Positions 1 through 8,873 of a stretch of 32,000 nucleotides of DNA are shown here, piece after piece. The stretch is taken from assembly GCF_000014785.1 (NCBI RefSeq), contig NC_008340.1, forward strand, positions 1,770,001-1,802,000, read 5' to 3'. The DNA is from Alkalilimnicola ehrlichii MLHE-1 (lineage in GTDB: Bacteria > Pseudomonadota > Gammaproteobacteria > Nitrococcales > Halorhodospiraceae). Every line of letters starts with the position of its first letter. Positions within the stretch are counted from its first letter, which is position 1. Made by a program: the position numbers and the translations under genes. The notes below the pieces were generated by a model. That model had not been told where the DNA came from. It was given only the letters and a program-made list of their open reading frames with translations, and made no database searches.

Positions 1-222
1 GGCGAGACGGATGTCGATGAAGTCGATCCCCTCCTCTTCGCACAGCTCGCGGATCACGGTGCTCTTGCCCACGCCGGGCGGCCCCCAGAGCATCATCGGC
101 GGCACGGCGTGCGGGGCCTCGGGATGGTCCCACAGGGCGTGCAACTGATGACGCAGCAGACGACGGACGCGCGCCACGTCCGTGCCGGGTGTGGATGGGA
201 CATCCGGGGCGAGATCGGGCAT
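1..222 (-). CDS. AAA+ ATPase, MoxR-like; N-terminal 74 codons only (gene continues past the left window edge)
   Basis: Reverse complement of 1..222 reads MPDLAPDVPSTPGTDVARVRRLLRHQLHALWDHPEAPHAVPPMMLWGPPGVGKSTVIRELCEEEGIDFIDIRLA. Walker A GPPGVGKS lies about 50 aa after the ATG at 220..222. The gene starts 32 nt after the stop of the upstream minus-strand ORF. It is absent from the ORF track because it has no stop inside the window. Confidence 0.7.
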   Translation of the reverse strand, partial: MPDLAPDVPSTPGTDVARVRRLLRHQLHALWDHPEAPHAVPPMMLWGPPGVGKSTVIRELCEEEGIDFIDIRLA

Positions 223-254
223 GTCGGTTCTGGACCGGGATCGGACGGGACGGT

Positions 255-1952
255 TCATATGGACGCCTCCTGGGGGGTCTCGGTATCGATGCTGAAGGCG
301 TGGGTGCGGACGCGAGCGATGGCCGCCGCGGCGGCCTGCTGGCGCAGGTCCTCCTGCAGCCAGTTCAACTTCCGGCTCACGACCATCAACCGGGGTCGGG
401 CCGGGGCATAGCCATGCTGCGCGAGGGTGATGAACAGCGGGGCGCCGTGCTCCGGCGTGAGCCGGTCCCGCGCGAACGCGAAGATCAGATCGGCCAGCGC
501 CCGGTCACGTAGCCGGACGGCGAGTTGCAACACCGCCTGCACCGCGTCGTGGATCGCCCGGTTCATGTACCCCCGGCGGGTGATGCGGCGCAGTCCCTTG
601 TCGATGGCCTGCGTCCAGTCGTCCGGCCAGTCGTCGCCACGGCCATGCCAGCGGCGCAGCGTCCAGGCCAGCCCGTGCAGGGTGTGCGGATCCCCCGGGC
701 AGTGCAGCAACCGCCCGAAGCCCTCGCCCACCGGCTGATCCGCAACCGCCCGGTAGAGGGCCAGGTCAGAGGCCCGCCCCTCCAGCCAGAGATCGCTGTT
801 GAAATCCCAGTGCCAGCGGTTGCCCGCCACCCGAAGGGCCTCGTCCATGTCGGGGGGCCGTTTCGGCTGGCTTCTGACCCGCAGGTGGAGCAGGCACCGC
901 AGGCGCCAGAGCAGTTCCGGGTCATGCTCATCCAGTGCCTCCTCCAGCGCGCGCAGCGCGGAGAGGCGCTGGGCGCGGGTGCGCTCCAGCCACGTCCAGC
1001 CGTACAGGGTGGATAGCGCGTCGTCTCGATCTCGGTGGGTGCCGAGCAACTGCCGGACGCCGTTGGCCTCACTGCCATACCAGCCCAGGGCGCCGTTCAG
1101 GACCGGGAAATGGCCGTGGGTGGTGATGGCGTGCACGCCGCCCGGGACGTGCAGGTGGTTCACGCGGGGGCTGCGCTGGATGACCACCTCGACGGTCTCG
1201 GCGTGGACATCGAAGAAGCTACAGCGCTGGAACGTGAGGCGACGCCAGCCCCCCTTGGCATGCAGGATCGCACCGCGGTGGCCGCAGTCGGTCATGTGCA
1301 GCACGCCGTCCTCGTTGTATGCCTCGCTCAGGCCCGGGCAGGTGCGGAGCTGCACCCGCACGCCGGTCCTGGCGAGTCGGAGTCGGGCCAGCGCCTCGGC
1401 GTCGGTGGCGACCAGGTGGTCGAGCCGCCCCGACGCCTCCACGTGCACGTCGACCAGGCCCTGCGGCCGGTGCAGCCAGACCTGGCGCAGGGCCGGCGGC
1501 ACGGTCCAGGAGCGGGGCAGCGATGGTGAGAGGGCCACCCAGCCCTCCACCGGGCAATCCGGTGGCGAGGGTTGAATGGCGACACCGTTGAGAGGCCGGG
1601 CATGCCGTGGCGCCTGCACCTCAAAGGTACCCCCGGACCAGCAGCAATCCAGCCGCTCGACGGCCCCAAGGACGAGTAATTCGGGTCGGCCATCCCCGGC
1701 GTCCAGGTGCACGGTCGCCCCGGTGTCGCCCGCCGGCAAGCGGATCCATTCAAGACGGGCGCAATCCTGCAGGGTCAGGTGCAACCCGGGCGGACAATGC
1801 GCCAGATCCAGGCCGACAAGGTCGGGACTGCGGGCCACGTCCAGTGCCCGCAGATGGCCATGCGCTACCCGCACGCGGCCCGCCAAGTCGGTAAGGGTTG
1901 CACCGCCGCAGTGGTCCGGAATGACGTCGGGGTCTGATAGTGAATCAGTCAT
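255..1952 (-). CDS. Hypothetical 565-aa protein: leucine-rich-repeat-like N-terminal half, helical C-terminal half
   Basis: The ORF track gives 255..2063. I place the start at ATG 1950..1952 (MTDSLSDPDV...) because GAGGAGGG sits 7 nt upstream on the minus strand. The N-terminal half shows roughly 20-25-aa leucine-spaced repeats (LRALDVARSPDLVGLDLAHCPPGLHLTLQDCARLEWIRLP...). No family recognised. Confidence 0.6.
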   Translation of the reverse strand: MTDSLSDPDVIPDHCGGATLTDLAGRVRVAHGHLRALDVARSPDLVGLDLAHCPPGLHLTLQDCARLEWIRLPAGDTGATVHLDAGDGRPELLVLGAVERLDCCWSGGTFEVQAPRHARPLNGVAIQPSPPDCPVEGWVALSPSLPRSWTVPPALRQVWLHRPQGLVDVHVEASGRLDHLVATDAEALARLRLARTGVRVQLRTCPGLSEAYNEDGVLHMTDCGHRGAILHAKGGWRRLTFQRCSFFDVHAETVEVVIQRSPRVNHLHVPGGVHAITTHGHFPVLNGALGWYGSEANGVRQLLGTHRDRDDALSTLYGWTWLERTRAQRLSALRALEEALDEHDPELLWRLRCLLHLRVRSQPKRPPDMDEALRVAGNRWHWDFNSDLWLEGRASDLALYRAVADQPVGEGFGRLLHCPGDPHTLHGLAWTLRRWHGRGDDWPDDWTQAIDKGLRRITRRGYMNRAIHDAVQAVLQLAVRLRDRALADLIFAFARDRLTPEHGAPLFITLAQHGYAPARPRLMVVSRKLNWLQEDLRQQAAAAAIARVRTHAFSIDTETPQEASI

Positions 1953-1998
1953 TCGGTTGCCCTCCTCTGCCGGGTTTGCCGCCAGTGTCGACCGGCCG

Positions 1999-2017
1999 TG
2001 CGACTTATCGTGTCGCA
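1999..2017. promoter_or_regulatory. Palindromic operator-like site 1: TGCGAC-N7-GTCGCA
   Basis: tgcgac ttatcgt gtcgca, perfect 6-bp arms. It lies in the divergent intergenic region between the minus gene starting at 1952 and the plus gene starting at 2139. Confidence 0.35.
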
Positions 2018-2039
2018 TCAGAATCAGCCTCCGCCTTTT

Positions 2040-2058
2040 TGCGACCTCAGACGTCGCA
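2040..2058. promoter_or_regulatory. Palindromic operator-like site 2: TGCGAC-N7-GTCGCA
   Basis: tgcgac ctcagac gtcgca, with arms and spacer length identical to site 1. Both sites are followed by T. Centres are 41 bp apart. Confidence 0.35.
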
Positions 2059-2138
2059 TACACCCAGGACGATAGGACTCACCGGCGCTCAACGCAGCGC
2101 AGGCACATCTGGAGCATCCATAAAGAGGAGGGAAAAAG

Positions 2139-2492
2139 ATGCGAATCGCAGTGCTGATTATCAGTCTATCCTTGGTCATGATCATCGGAGTACAGTCCTG
2201 CGCCGTCGGTGTCGGCGCTGAACTCATGGCCGATGAGGACACCGCTGCCGGGGGGGCCGCCGGCGTCATGGTGGCCTTCCTGTTCGTCCTGGGCGCGGCG
2301 TTCGCGCTGGGCAAACCCACGGTTTCCGCGGTGATGTTCGGGATCGCCGCAGCGACGGGTTTCTCGGTCGGAACCAGCACCGCCTTTGAGGACATGGCCA
2401 TCTGGGGCTTCGTGGCCTTGGTGTTGTGCATCATGTCCCTACTGGGACGGCGAGAGCTGCGGGAAAAGCCGTCTGCTGAGCAGGACAGCTAG
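2139..2492 (+). CDS. Small integral membrane protein (117 aa), function unknown
   Basis: The ATG is preceded by AAGAGGAGGGAAAAAG. Three to four hydrophobic segments (MRIAVLIISLSLVMIIG..., GVMVAFLFVLGAAFALG..., AIWGFVALVLCIMSLL). Confidence 0.6.
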   Translation: MRIAVLIISLSLVMIIGVQSCAVGVGAELMADEDTAAGGAAGVMVAFLFVLGAAFALGKPTVSAVMFGIAAATGFSVGTSTAFEDMAIWGFVALVLCIMSLLGRRELREKPSAEQDS

Positions 2493-2510
2493 GAGAGTGA
2501 ATGTACCCGC

Positions 2511-3233
2511 ATGGCCCCACCCAGCCTTTCCGTCATCATCCCGGCCTGGAACGAGGCCCGCGAGTTACCGGCCACCCTGCGCGCGCTGGAGGAGGCCATC
2601 AATGGGTCAGGCCTCAGTGCGGAGGTCATCGTGGTGGACAACGACTCCGAGGACGAGACGGCAGCGATCGCCCGCCAGGCAGGCGCCCGGGTGGTGCACG
2701 AGCCGGAACGGCGCATTGCCCGGGTACGGAACCGGGGCGCCGAAATCGCGACGGCTCCCTGGCTTCTATTCCTGGATGCGGACACCCGGGTGACCCCTGT
2801 TCACCTCCTTGCCGTGTGGGACGCGCTGTCGGGCGAATGGGCCGGCGGAGGTGTGCCCGTCGCCATGGATCGTCCCCTGCCCCGCTTTCCGGCGCTGGGG
2901 CTGTCCCTCTGGAACGCCCTGTCGCGCCGGTTCTCTCTGGCGGCGGGCTGTTTCTTTTTTGTACGGGCAGAGCTGCACCGGTCGGTGGGCGGGTTTCCGG
3001 AGCATGTGTATGCCGGCGAGGAGGTGGGGCACTCCCGGCGACTGCAACGCATCGCTCGGCAGCGCCGACTTCGCTTCGGCATCCTGGACGCCGAACCGGT
3101 GGCCACCTCCGGGCGAAAGCTGGACTGGTACGCCACTTGGCAGCACGCGCTGGTGGCACTGGTCTTCGTGGTCTTTCCCTGGGCGGGACGGTTCCGGCAG
3201 TTGAGCTGGTTCTGGTATCGCCGACCGGACTAA
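2511..3233 (+). CDS. Family 2 glycosyltransferase
   Basis: The N-terminus SLSVIIPAWNEARELPATLRAL...VIVVDNDSEDETAAIA...FLDADT is the classic GT2 (GT-A fold, DxD) pattern. ATG 2511 is the first in-frame start after the TAG of the upstream gene. Confidence 0.8.
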   Translation: MAPPSLSVIIPAWNEARELPATLRALEEAINGSGLSAEVIVVDNDSEDETAAIARQAGARVVHEPERRIARVRNRGAEIATAPWLLFLDADTRVTPVHLLAVWDALSGEWAGGGVPVAMDRPLPRFPALGLSLWNALSRRFSLAAGCFFFVRAELHRSVGGFPEHVYAGEEVGHSRRLQRIARQRRLRFGILDAEPVATSGRKLDWYATWQHALVALVFVVFPWAGRFRQLSWFWYRRPD

Positions 3234-3323
3234 TGTGGATCGCTGCGCTGGCGGCCGGGTCCCCGGTTGCCGCGCTGCTGTGGCACACTCCTGTCTGCAC
3301 TCGGGTAAGGGAACGTCGCGATT

Positions 3324-3929
3324 ATGGATTCATCGGCATTACCGGCAGTACGGATTGGCCTGGTGTCCGTCAGTGACCGGGCCTCCAGCGGTGCCTACGA
3401 GGACAAGGGGATCCCTGCACTGCGGCATTGGCTGGAGCAGGCGCTGTGCAATCCGGTCGAATGGGAGACCCGGCTCATTCCGGACGACCAGCAGACCATC
3501 AGCGACACGCTGACGGAGCTCGTCGACCAATTGGGCTGCAATCTGGTGCTGACCAGCGGTGGGACCGGACCGGCGCCCCGGGACGTCACGCCGGAGGCGA
3601 CCCTGGCGGTCTCGGACCGCGAGATGCCGGGCTTCGGCGAGCAAATGCGCCAGATCAGTCTCACCTTCGTGCCCACTGCCATCCTGTCACGGCAGGTGGC
3701 CGTCATTCGGGGCCAGGCCCTGATTATCAACCTGCCAGGGCAGCCCAAGGCCATCGCGGAAACCTTGAGCGGCCTGCCCGACCATGCCCCACCGGTGCAC
3801 GGCATATTCGCCGCGGTGCCCTATTGTGTCGAGCTGATCGGGGGCCCCTACATCGAGACGGATCCCGCGGTCTGCAAGGCCTTTCGACCCAAGTCCGCGC
3901 GCCGGGACAAACCGGCCGAGGGTCGCTGA
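3324..3929 (+). CDS. mogA: Molybdopterin adenylyltransferase MogA
   Basis: Near-colinear with the E. coli MogA pattern as I recall it: RIGLVSVSDRASSGAYEDKGIPAL...LVLTSGGTGPAPRDVTPEATLAV..REMPGFGEQMRQISL.FVPTAILSRQ...NLPGQPKAI.ETL...HGIFA.VPYC..L..GPY.ET...AFRPKSARR. Confidence 0.9.
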   Translation: MDSSALPAVRIGLVSVSDRASSGAYEDKGIPALRHWLEQALCNPVEWETRLIPDDQQTISDTLTELVDQLGCNLVLTSGGTGPAPRDVTPEATLAVSDREMPGFGEQMRQISLTFVPTAILSRQVAVIRGQALIINLPGQPKAIAETLSGLPDHAPPVHGIFAAVPYCVELIGGPYIETDPAVCKAFRPKSARRDKPAEGR

Positions 3930-4055
3930 ATGGTGCCTCGGGCTTGGAACCCAAACTGGCTATATCTAGTCCAATAAAAACAGCCACCAGGACCTGTTTA
4001 CAGAACCGGCGCTCTCTAGAGACTAGTGACCGCGAGGTGATAAGGGAACTGCTTT

Positions 4056-4370
4056 ATGGGACACCGAACCATGCGTATTGAAATCCCCGGCGACCTCACG
4101 TTCTCGGATCTGCACCTGACCAGGGAGTCGGACGGGTCGGTGAGTTTCGACTGGGCCGTGATCGAGCAGATCTGCGAGGCCAACGACATCGCCCCGGAGG
4201 AGTTCATGGACCCACCGGAGGAGAACCTGGCCAACCTGCTCATGGGGTGGTACTACCGGCATCGTGCGCTTGGCGGTGAAAGCGATCCGGTTGCCGAGAG
4301 CCTGGCGACGGAGGTGGCCATGGAGGAGCTGTCCGGACGCACCATCAGCCATCCGCCGGGTCACGCATGA
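4056..4370 (+). CDS. Hypothetical protein (104 aa), acidic, no recognised family
   Basis: The ORF has AAGGGA about 9 nt upstream of the ATG. Codon usage is GC3-rich like its neighbours. It sits between a lower-GC spacer and tRNA-Val. Confidence 0.45.
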   Translation: MGHRTMRIEIPGDLTFSDLHLTRESDGSVSFDWAVIEQICEANDIAPEEFMDPPEENLANLLMGWYYRHRALGGESDPVAESLATEVAMEELSGRTISHPPGHA

Positions 4371-4465
4371 GCATGCGGGCCCATGGGGGCGCCAAAGATC
4401 TGGCCGTGGGCCAGCAGTAGCGAGCCGCCGTTTGAAGATCCTGAGCCGGGGTCGCATCCGGCAAC

Positions 4466-4498
4466 GAAAAAAGCCGCCTAGGTTTTCCGCAGGCGGCT
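4466..4498 (-). terminator. Rho-independent terminator downstream of tRNA-Val
   Basis: The minus strand reads GCCGCCTgcggaaaacctAGGCGGC followed by TTTTTTCG. Confidence 0.6.
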
Positions 4499-4515
4499 GT
4501 TCTCGTTCGGTTTTA

Positions 4516-4590
4516 TGGTGGGCGGTGCTGGGATTGAACCAGCGACCCCTGCCGTGTGAAGGCAGTGCTCTCCCGCTGAGCTAACCGCCC
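4516..4590 (-). tRNA. tRNA-Val (anticodon CAC), CCA encoded
   Basis: The minus strand reads GGGCGGT-TA-GCTC-AGCGGGA-GAGC-A-CTGCC-TTCACAC-GGCAG-GGGTC-GCTGG-TTCAATC-CCAGC-ACCGCCC-A-CCA. This is a full 75-nt cloverleaf with U33, anticodon C34-A35-C36, A37 and a GTTCAATC T-loop. Confidence 0.93.
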
Positions 4591-4605
4591 CGAAAGCGTG
4601 GGCAA

Positions 4606-4634
4606 ATGATAGGGACAGGCCCTTTGGGTGTCAA
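4606..4634 (-). promoter_or_regulatory. Sigma-70-type promoter for tRNA-Val
   Basis: The minus strand reads TTGACA (4629..4634), a 17-nt spacer, then TATCAT (4606..4611). The -10 element ends 15 nt before the tRNA 5' end. The promoter abuts the 3' end of sprT. Confidence 0.55.
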
Positions 4635-4638
4635 CCCC

Positions 4639-5220
4639 TCAGCCGCTGTCCGCGTCGCGGCTGAGCGCCTCGCCGCAGCGGCGGCAGTGGTAGCGCATTC
4701 GGCCCTGGCGGATACGGTTGTGGCGGGTGGTGGTGATGCGATGGGTGCTGCAGCCGCAGCGGTATTGCCACCGGCGCTGGGTGCCTGGTATGCCGCTGAC
4801 GTCCAGGGCGTGGGTGCGCGTGGGGGGCGCGCCCAGTACCGCCATGACCTGCTGCCAGCCCGCCCCATGCCCCCGATCGCGGAACAGCGTCCAGGCGGCC
4901 AGGTGCGCCAGCTCGTGGGCGACGGTGTCGCGGGCCTCCCGCCAGCCGTCGGGCCGCCGGATCAGCGGGGCATTGAGCCCGATGCGATGCGGGCGCAGCC
5001 ACGCCCGCCCCAGGGCGCTGCCCCGGCGGTAGAGCACCACCTCGGGCGCCGGGAGGCCCTGCAGGGCCGGCCACTGCCGGCAGAGCGCGCGCCAGTCCGC
5101 CCTGGCCCAGGCCTTCAGCCGCTCCAGGCACTCGGCCTCGGTGGCCGGCGGGGGGCCCGACCGGCACCCTGCCGGCGCGGCCGCCCCGGGGCGGCGCTGC
5201 GGGTCGGGCACGCCGGTCAC
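4639..5220 (-). CDS. sprT: SprT-family zinc metallopeptidase-like protein
   Basis: Contains HELAHL (HExxH) and a C-terminal Cys-rich zinc ribbon (YRCGCSTH...YHCRRCGE). Its GTG start overlaps the ilvD stop (GTGA). Confidence 0.75.
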   Translation of the reverse strand: MTGVPDPQRRPGAAAPAGCRSGPPPATEAECLERLKAWARADWRALCRQWPALQGLPAPEVVLYRRGSALGRAWLRPHRIGLNAPLIRRPDGWREARDTVAHELAHLAAWTLFRDRGHGAGWQQVMAVLGAPPTRTHALDVSGIPGTQRRWQYRCGCSTHRITTTRHNRIRQGRMRYHCRRCGEALSRDADSG

Positions 5221-6908
5221 GCGCCGCCGCTCCAGCGATCGGTGACCGCACCCTGCGCCGCCGAGCCGACCATCTGCGCGTACTTGCCCAATACGCCCCG
5301 GGTCGCTCTCGGTTCCGGCGGCTGCCAGGCCGCACGCCGGCGGGCGAGCTCCGCCTCGTCCACCTCCAGGGTGAGCCGGTTGGCGTCCGCATCGATGGTG
5401 ACGGTGTCGCCTTCCCGGACCAGGGCGATGGTGCCACCCGCTGCGGCCTCCGGCGCCACGTGGCCCACCACCAGCCCCCGGGTGCCACCGGAGAAGCGCC
5501 CATCGGTGATCAGGCCGACGCTCTCCCCCAGCCCGGCCCCCATCAACGCCGCGGTGGGCGAGAGCATCTCGCGCATGCCGGGCCCGCCCTTCGGCCCCTC
5601 GTGGCGGATGACCACCACGTCGCCGGGCTTAATCTGGCCGGCCAGGATCGCCTCCAGGCAGTCCTCCTCACCCTCGAATACCCGCGCCGGTCCGACGATG
5701 CGGCGCTGCTTAAGGCCGGACACCTTGGCCACGGCCCCCTCCTCTGCCAGGTTTCCACGCAGGATGGCCAGATGGCCCACCGGGTAGAGGGGGTTGTCCA
5801 GGGTCCGGATGATGTCCTGATCCTTCGCGGGGGTCGGGGGCACGTCGGCCAGGGTCTCGGCAAGCGTCTGCCCGGTAATAGTGAGGCAGTCGCCGTGGAG
5901 CAGGCCCGCGTCCAGCAGCAGGCGCAGCACTTGCGGCGTGCCGCCCACCTCGTGAAATTCAGTGGTCACGTAGCGGCCCGAGGGCCGCAGATCGCAGAGC
6001 ACGGGCACCTGCTGCCGGATACGCTCCACGTCGTCCAGCGACAACGGCACATCGGCCGCATCGGCGATGGCCAGCAAGTGCAGCACCGCGTTGGTGGACC
6101 CGCCCACGGCCATCACCAGGGCGAAGCCGTTCTCGAAGGCCTCGCGGGTGAGGATGTCGCGGGGCTTGCGATCCGCCCGCACCGCCTCCATCAGCACCCG
6201 CGCGGCGGCCGCCACGTCGTCGCCCTTCTCCTCCGCCTCGGCGGCCACGGTGGAGCTGGCGGGCAGGCTCATGCCCATGGCCTCGAAGGCGCTGGACATG
6301 GTGTTGGCGGTGTACATCCCGCCACAGGAGCCGGCGCCGGGGCAGGCGTTGCGCTCCACCCCAAGCAGGTCCTCGTCACTCATCCTGCCCGCGGAGGCCT
6401 GGCCCACCGCCTCGAACGCCGAGACGATGTCCAGCCGCTCGCCCTTGTAGTAGCCGGGGCGGATGGTGCCGCCGTAGACAAACAGGGCCGGTATGTTCAT
6501 GCGCGCGATGGCGATCATAGCCCCGGGCATGTTCTTGTCGCAGCCGCCGGTGGCCAGCACGCCGTCCAGGCTCTGGCCCTCGCACACCGTCTCGATGGCG
6601 TCGGCGATCACCTCGCGCGAGACCAGCGAGTAGCGCATCCCCGGCGTGCCCATGGCGATGCCGTCCGAGACGGTGGGCACGCCAAATTCCGGTGCCATGG
6701 CACCGGCCGCCTGCAACGCCTCCACCGCCCGCCGGGTGAGCGCGGCGATATGCATGTTGCAGGGGGTGATGGTGCTGTGGGCGTTGGCGACGCCGATGAT
6801 GGGCTTGTCGAAGTCCTCGTCCCGGAAGCCGGTGGCGCGCAGCATGGCCCGGTTGGGGGTGCGGCGCAGGCCTGCGGTCACGACCCGACTGCGGCGGTTC
6901 TCACTCAT
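5217..6908 (-). CDS. ilvD: Dihydroxy-acid dehydratase
   Basis: [47 protein letters not shown]...[13 protein letters not shown]...[16 protein letters not shown] are typical IlvD/Edd motifs. I chose ATG 6908 (AGGAG 8 nt upstream) over GTG 6917. Confidence 0.95.
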   Translation of the reverse strand: MSENRRSRVVTAGLRRTPNRAMLRATGFRDEDFDKPIIGVANAHSTITPCNMHIAALTRRAVEALQAAGAMAPEFGVPTVSDGIAMGTPGMRYSLVSREVIADAIETVCEGQSLDGVLATGGCDKNMPGAMIAIARMNIPALFVYGGTIRPGYYKGERLDIVSAFEAVGQASAGRMSDEDLLGVERNACPGAGSCGGMYTANTMSSAFEAMGMSLPASSTVAAEAEEKGDDVAAAARVLMEAVRADRKPRDILTREAFENGFALVMAVGGSTNAVLHLLAIADAADVPLSLDDVERIRQQVPVLCDLRPSGRYVTTEFHEVGGTPQVLRLLLDAGLLHGDCLTITGQTLAETLADVPPTPAKDQDIIRTLDNPLYPVGHLAILRGNLAEEGAVAKVSGLKQRRIVGPARVFEGEEDCLEAILAGQIKPGDVVVIRHEGPKGGPGMREMLSPTAALMGAGLGESVGLITDGRFSGGTRGLVVGHVAPEAAAGGTIALVREGDTVTIDADANRLTLEVDEAELARRRAAWQPPEPRATRGVLGKYAQMVGSAAQGAVTDRWSGGA

Positions 6909-6928
6909 CGACTGCACTCCTGCCGGCA

Positions 6929-6942
6929 GGGCTGATCAGCCC
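6929..6942. repeat. Perfect 14-bp palindrome GGGCTGATCAGCCC in the ilvD 5' leader
   Basis: Read directly from the sequence. It lies 21-34 nt upstream of the ilvD ATG and downstream of the preceding minus-strand membrane gene. Confidence 0.3.
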
Positions 6943-7015
6943 CGGAAAGGAAAGGCCGGGTCGCCCGCGCGCCGGCACGGGCGGATGTCTGAAAGCGTAG
7001 CAGGACGGATGGTGC

Positions 7016-7633
7016 TCACTCCCCCCGGGGGGTCCGACCGGCAGCGATCAGGGTCTCCCGGGTCCAGCCGGTGCGACGAATCCGGTGGATTACCGCCGCG
7101 CACTGCTCCACCGGACGCAGATCGCCGCCGACCCGGCCGGCCATGATCAGCAACCCGGCCAGCGCGAGCAACCCCACGCTAAGGGGCGAGAAGAGCAGCA
7201 GGGGCGGGATCATCAGTGACCAATAAAACAGAAACTTACGGTTGACACCTCGACTGAACAACAGGATCAGCGCCATCAGGAACGCGGAGAACAGCAGCCC
7301 CGTGCCCGCGAGGGTGAGGCCATCGGTCATGCGCAGCCCGGAGAAGACCAGCTCCCCCTGGCGGATGGCCATGTAGACCGACCAGGCAAAGGCCCCCTGG
7401 GAGAGGGCGGAAAACAGGGGCATGAGCCAGTCGCGGAGCAAGCCGGCGATGACCAGGGTCGTCACCCCCAGGGCGATCCCCGCGGCGGTCAGATTACCGA
7501 GCGCCAGTACCCCGATCACCAGCCCGGCCAGCGCCGAAACGGCCAGCAGGCAGAGCAGCATCGGCGCCAGCCCGCAGGCCAGCACCCGGCCGGTGTCCTT
7601 CTCGCGGGCTGGTTCGTTTTTCTCTTCGTCCAT
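7016..7633 (-). CDS. Polytopic membrane protein, function unknown
   Basis: Contains 5-6 hydrophobic helices. Start placed at MDEEKNEP (ATG 7631..7633), which has GAGGGGAAG upstream. Confidence 0.6.
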   Translation of the reverse strand: MDEEKNEPAREKDTGRVLACGLAPMLLCLLAVSALAGLVIGVLALGNLTAAGIALGVTTLVIAGLLRDWLMPLFSALSQGAFAWSVYMAIRQGELVFSGLRMTDGLTLAGTGLLFSAFLMALILLFSRGVNRKFLFYWSLMIPPLLLFSPLSVGLLALAGLLIMAGRVGGDLRPVEQCAAVIHRIRRTGWTRETLIAAGRTPRGE

Positions 7634-7819
7634 GGCGGCTTCCCCTCGCAAGTGGCATTGCAGTCCAGTTTATCCGACACACCCCGGTGTTGCCGGTGAA
7701 GATTCCGTGGCCGCCGGAGCGGGACCGGCGCACAGGGCCGAAACCTTTATCACAGGCATGAACGGCCTGTCATCGGTCTGGGTGCGGCCCCGTCCTTCGT
7801 GGCGCGGGCCCCTGGACGC

Positions 7820-7851
7820 AAAAATCCGCCGGCAGGCTCAAGGCCTACCGG
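7820..7851 (-). terminator. Rho-independent terminator after the porin remnant
   Basis: The minus strand reads CCGGTAGGCcttgaGCCTGCCGG (one mismatch) followed by CGGATTTTTG. Confidence 0.5.
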
Positions 7852-7889
7852 AGGATAACCGTCGTAAAACCAGTGTACTGGCGCGGACT

Positions 7890-8873
7890 TTAGAAGTTGT
7901 ACTGCATTCTGGCGAGGAAGATGTTGGGGCTGTCCTCGTCCGTTGCACCACCGGTGAAACCTTCCACCGCGGCGCTGTCCTCCACGTCGACCATGATGTA
8001 GTTGGCCATGAAGCGCAGGTTGTCGGTGGCGTAGTAGTTCAGCGCCAGGGTGACATTCTTCTGCTCACCGCCGCGGACGTTCCGGTCGTTCAGGTCCACC
8101 GAGCTGTAGCGGGCCGCGATCTCCCAGGCCCCTGCCGGGCTGGCCAGGCTGACGGTGCGGAAGCCGGTGGGCCGGTAGCCGCGGGTCTCGCCGGTCAGCA
8201 CGTAACCGGCCTGGACGTGCCAGCCGTCGAAGGTCAGATCACGCTGATCGCCATCACCGTTGATATCGGCCTGCAGGTACTCCGCGCTCATGTGGAAGGG
8301 GCCACTGAGAAAGCCGAACTCCAGGCCGCCCTTGGTGGTGGACTTGGCATCGAGGCCGCCGGTGTCGATCAGGCGGGTGCCCTCGGTGGGCCGGGACTCC
8401 GGGCGATCACGGAAACGCACCACGCCCTCCCGGCCGTCGCTGTCGAAGCGTTCGTGGGAGAGGGAAGCGCCCAGGTGGAGGGTCTGCGCCCCCCGGATGG
8501 GGTTGAAGGTGACCCGCCCGGCGGCGCCCAACGGCATGTCCGCATCGGGGTCGTCCTCGATGGCGTGACTGTAGCCCATGACCGCGAAGTGATAGTTGTC
8601 ACCGGACTGGTCGTAGCCCAGGCCGATGCGGCGCGAGTCCGTGAACACCTGCGAGGAGGCCCGCTCGATGAAGCTGATGCGGTTGGAGCTGGTCAGTTCC
8701 TCCATCCCCTGCGGCACCTTGAACTGGCCCAACTGCAGTGTGCCCGGGCCCAGGTCGTAGGTCACCTTCAGGTCGTTGTAGCTGACATCGCCACCGGCGA
8801 AGTCGAACTCGATCTGGTAGCCCCAGGCCCCTCCCAGGGTACCGCTGGCGCCGAGCCGGGCGCGCCCCGGTCC
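7890..8873 (-). pseudogene. OprO/OprP-family (phosphate-selective-type) porin, 5'-truncated: no signal peptide and no usable start
   Basis: Homology runs from ...RARLGASGTLGGAWGYQIEFDFAGGDVSYNDLKVTYDLGPGTLQLGQFKVPQGMEELTSSNRISFIERA to the C-terminal ...FLARMQYNF (terminal Phe). The frame is open upstream to a TGA at 8958..8960. It has no ATG/GTG/TTG before the GTG at 8763..8765 and no hydrophobic leader. Confidence 0.55.

Noticed and set aside
2501-3376. Plus-strand ORF starting at ATG 2501, which has a much better SD (AGGAG 5 nt upstream) than the GT2 start at 2511
   Set aside because: Its translation (MYPHGPTQPFRHHPGLERGP...) is R/G/P-rich off-frame junk. The +1 frame from 2511 gives the canonical GT2 N-terminus SVIIPAWNE. 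The SD may still serve 2511 at long spacing.
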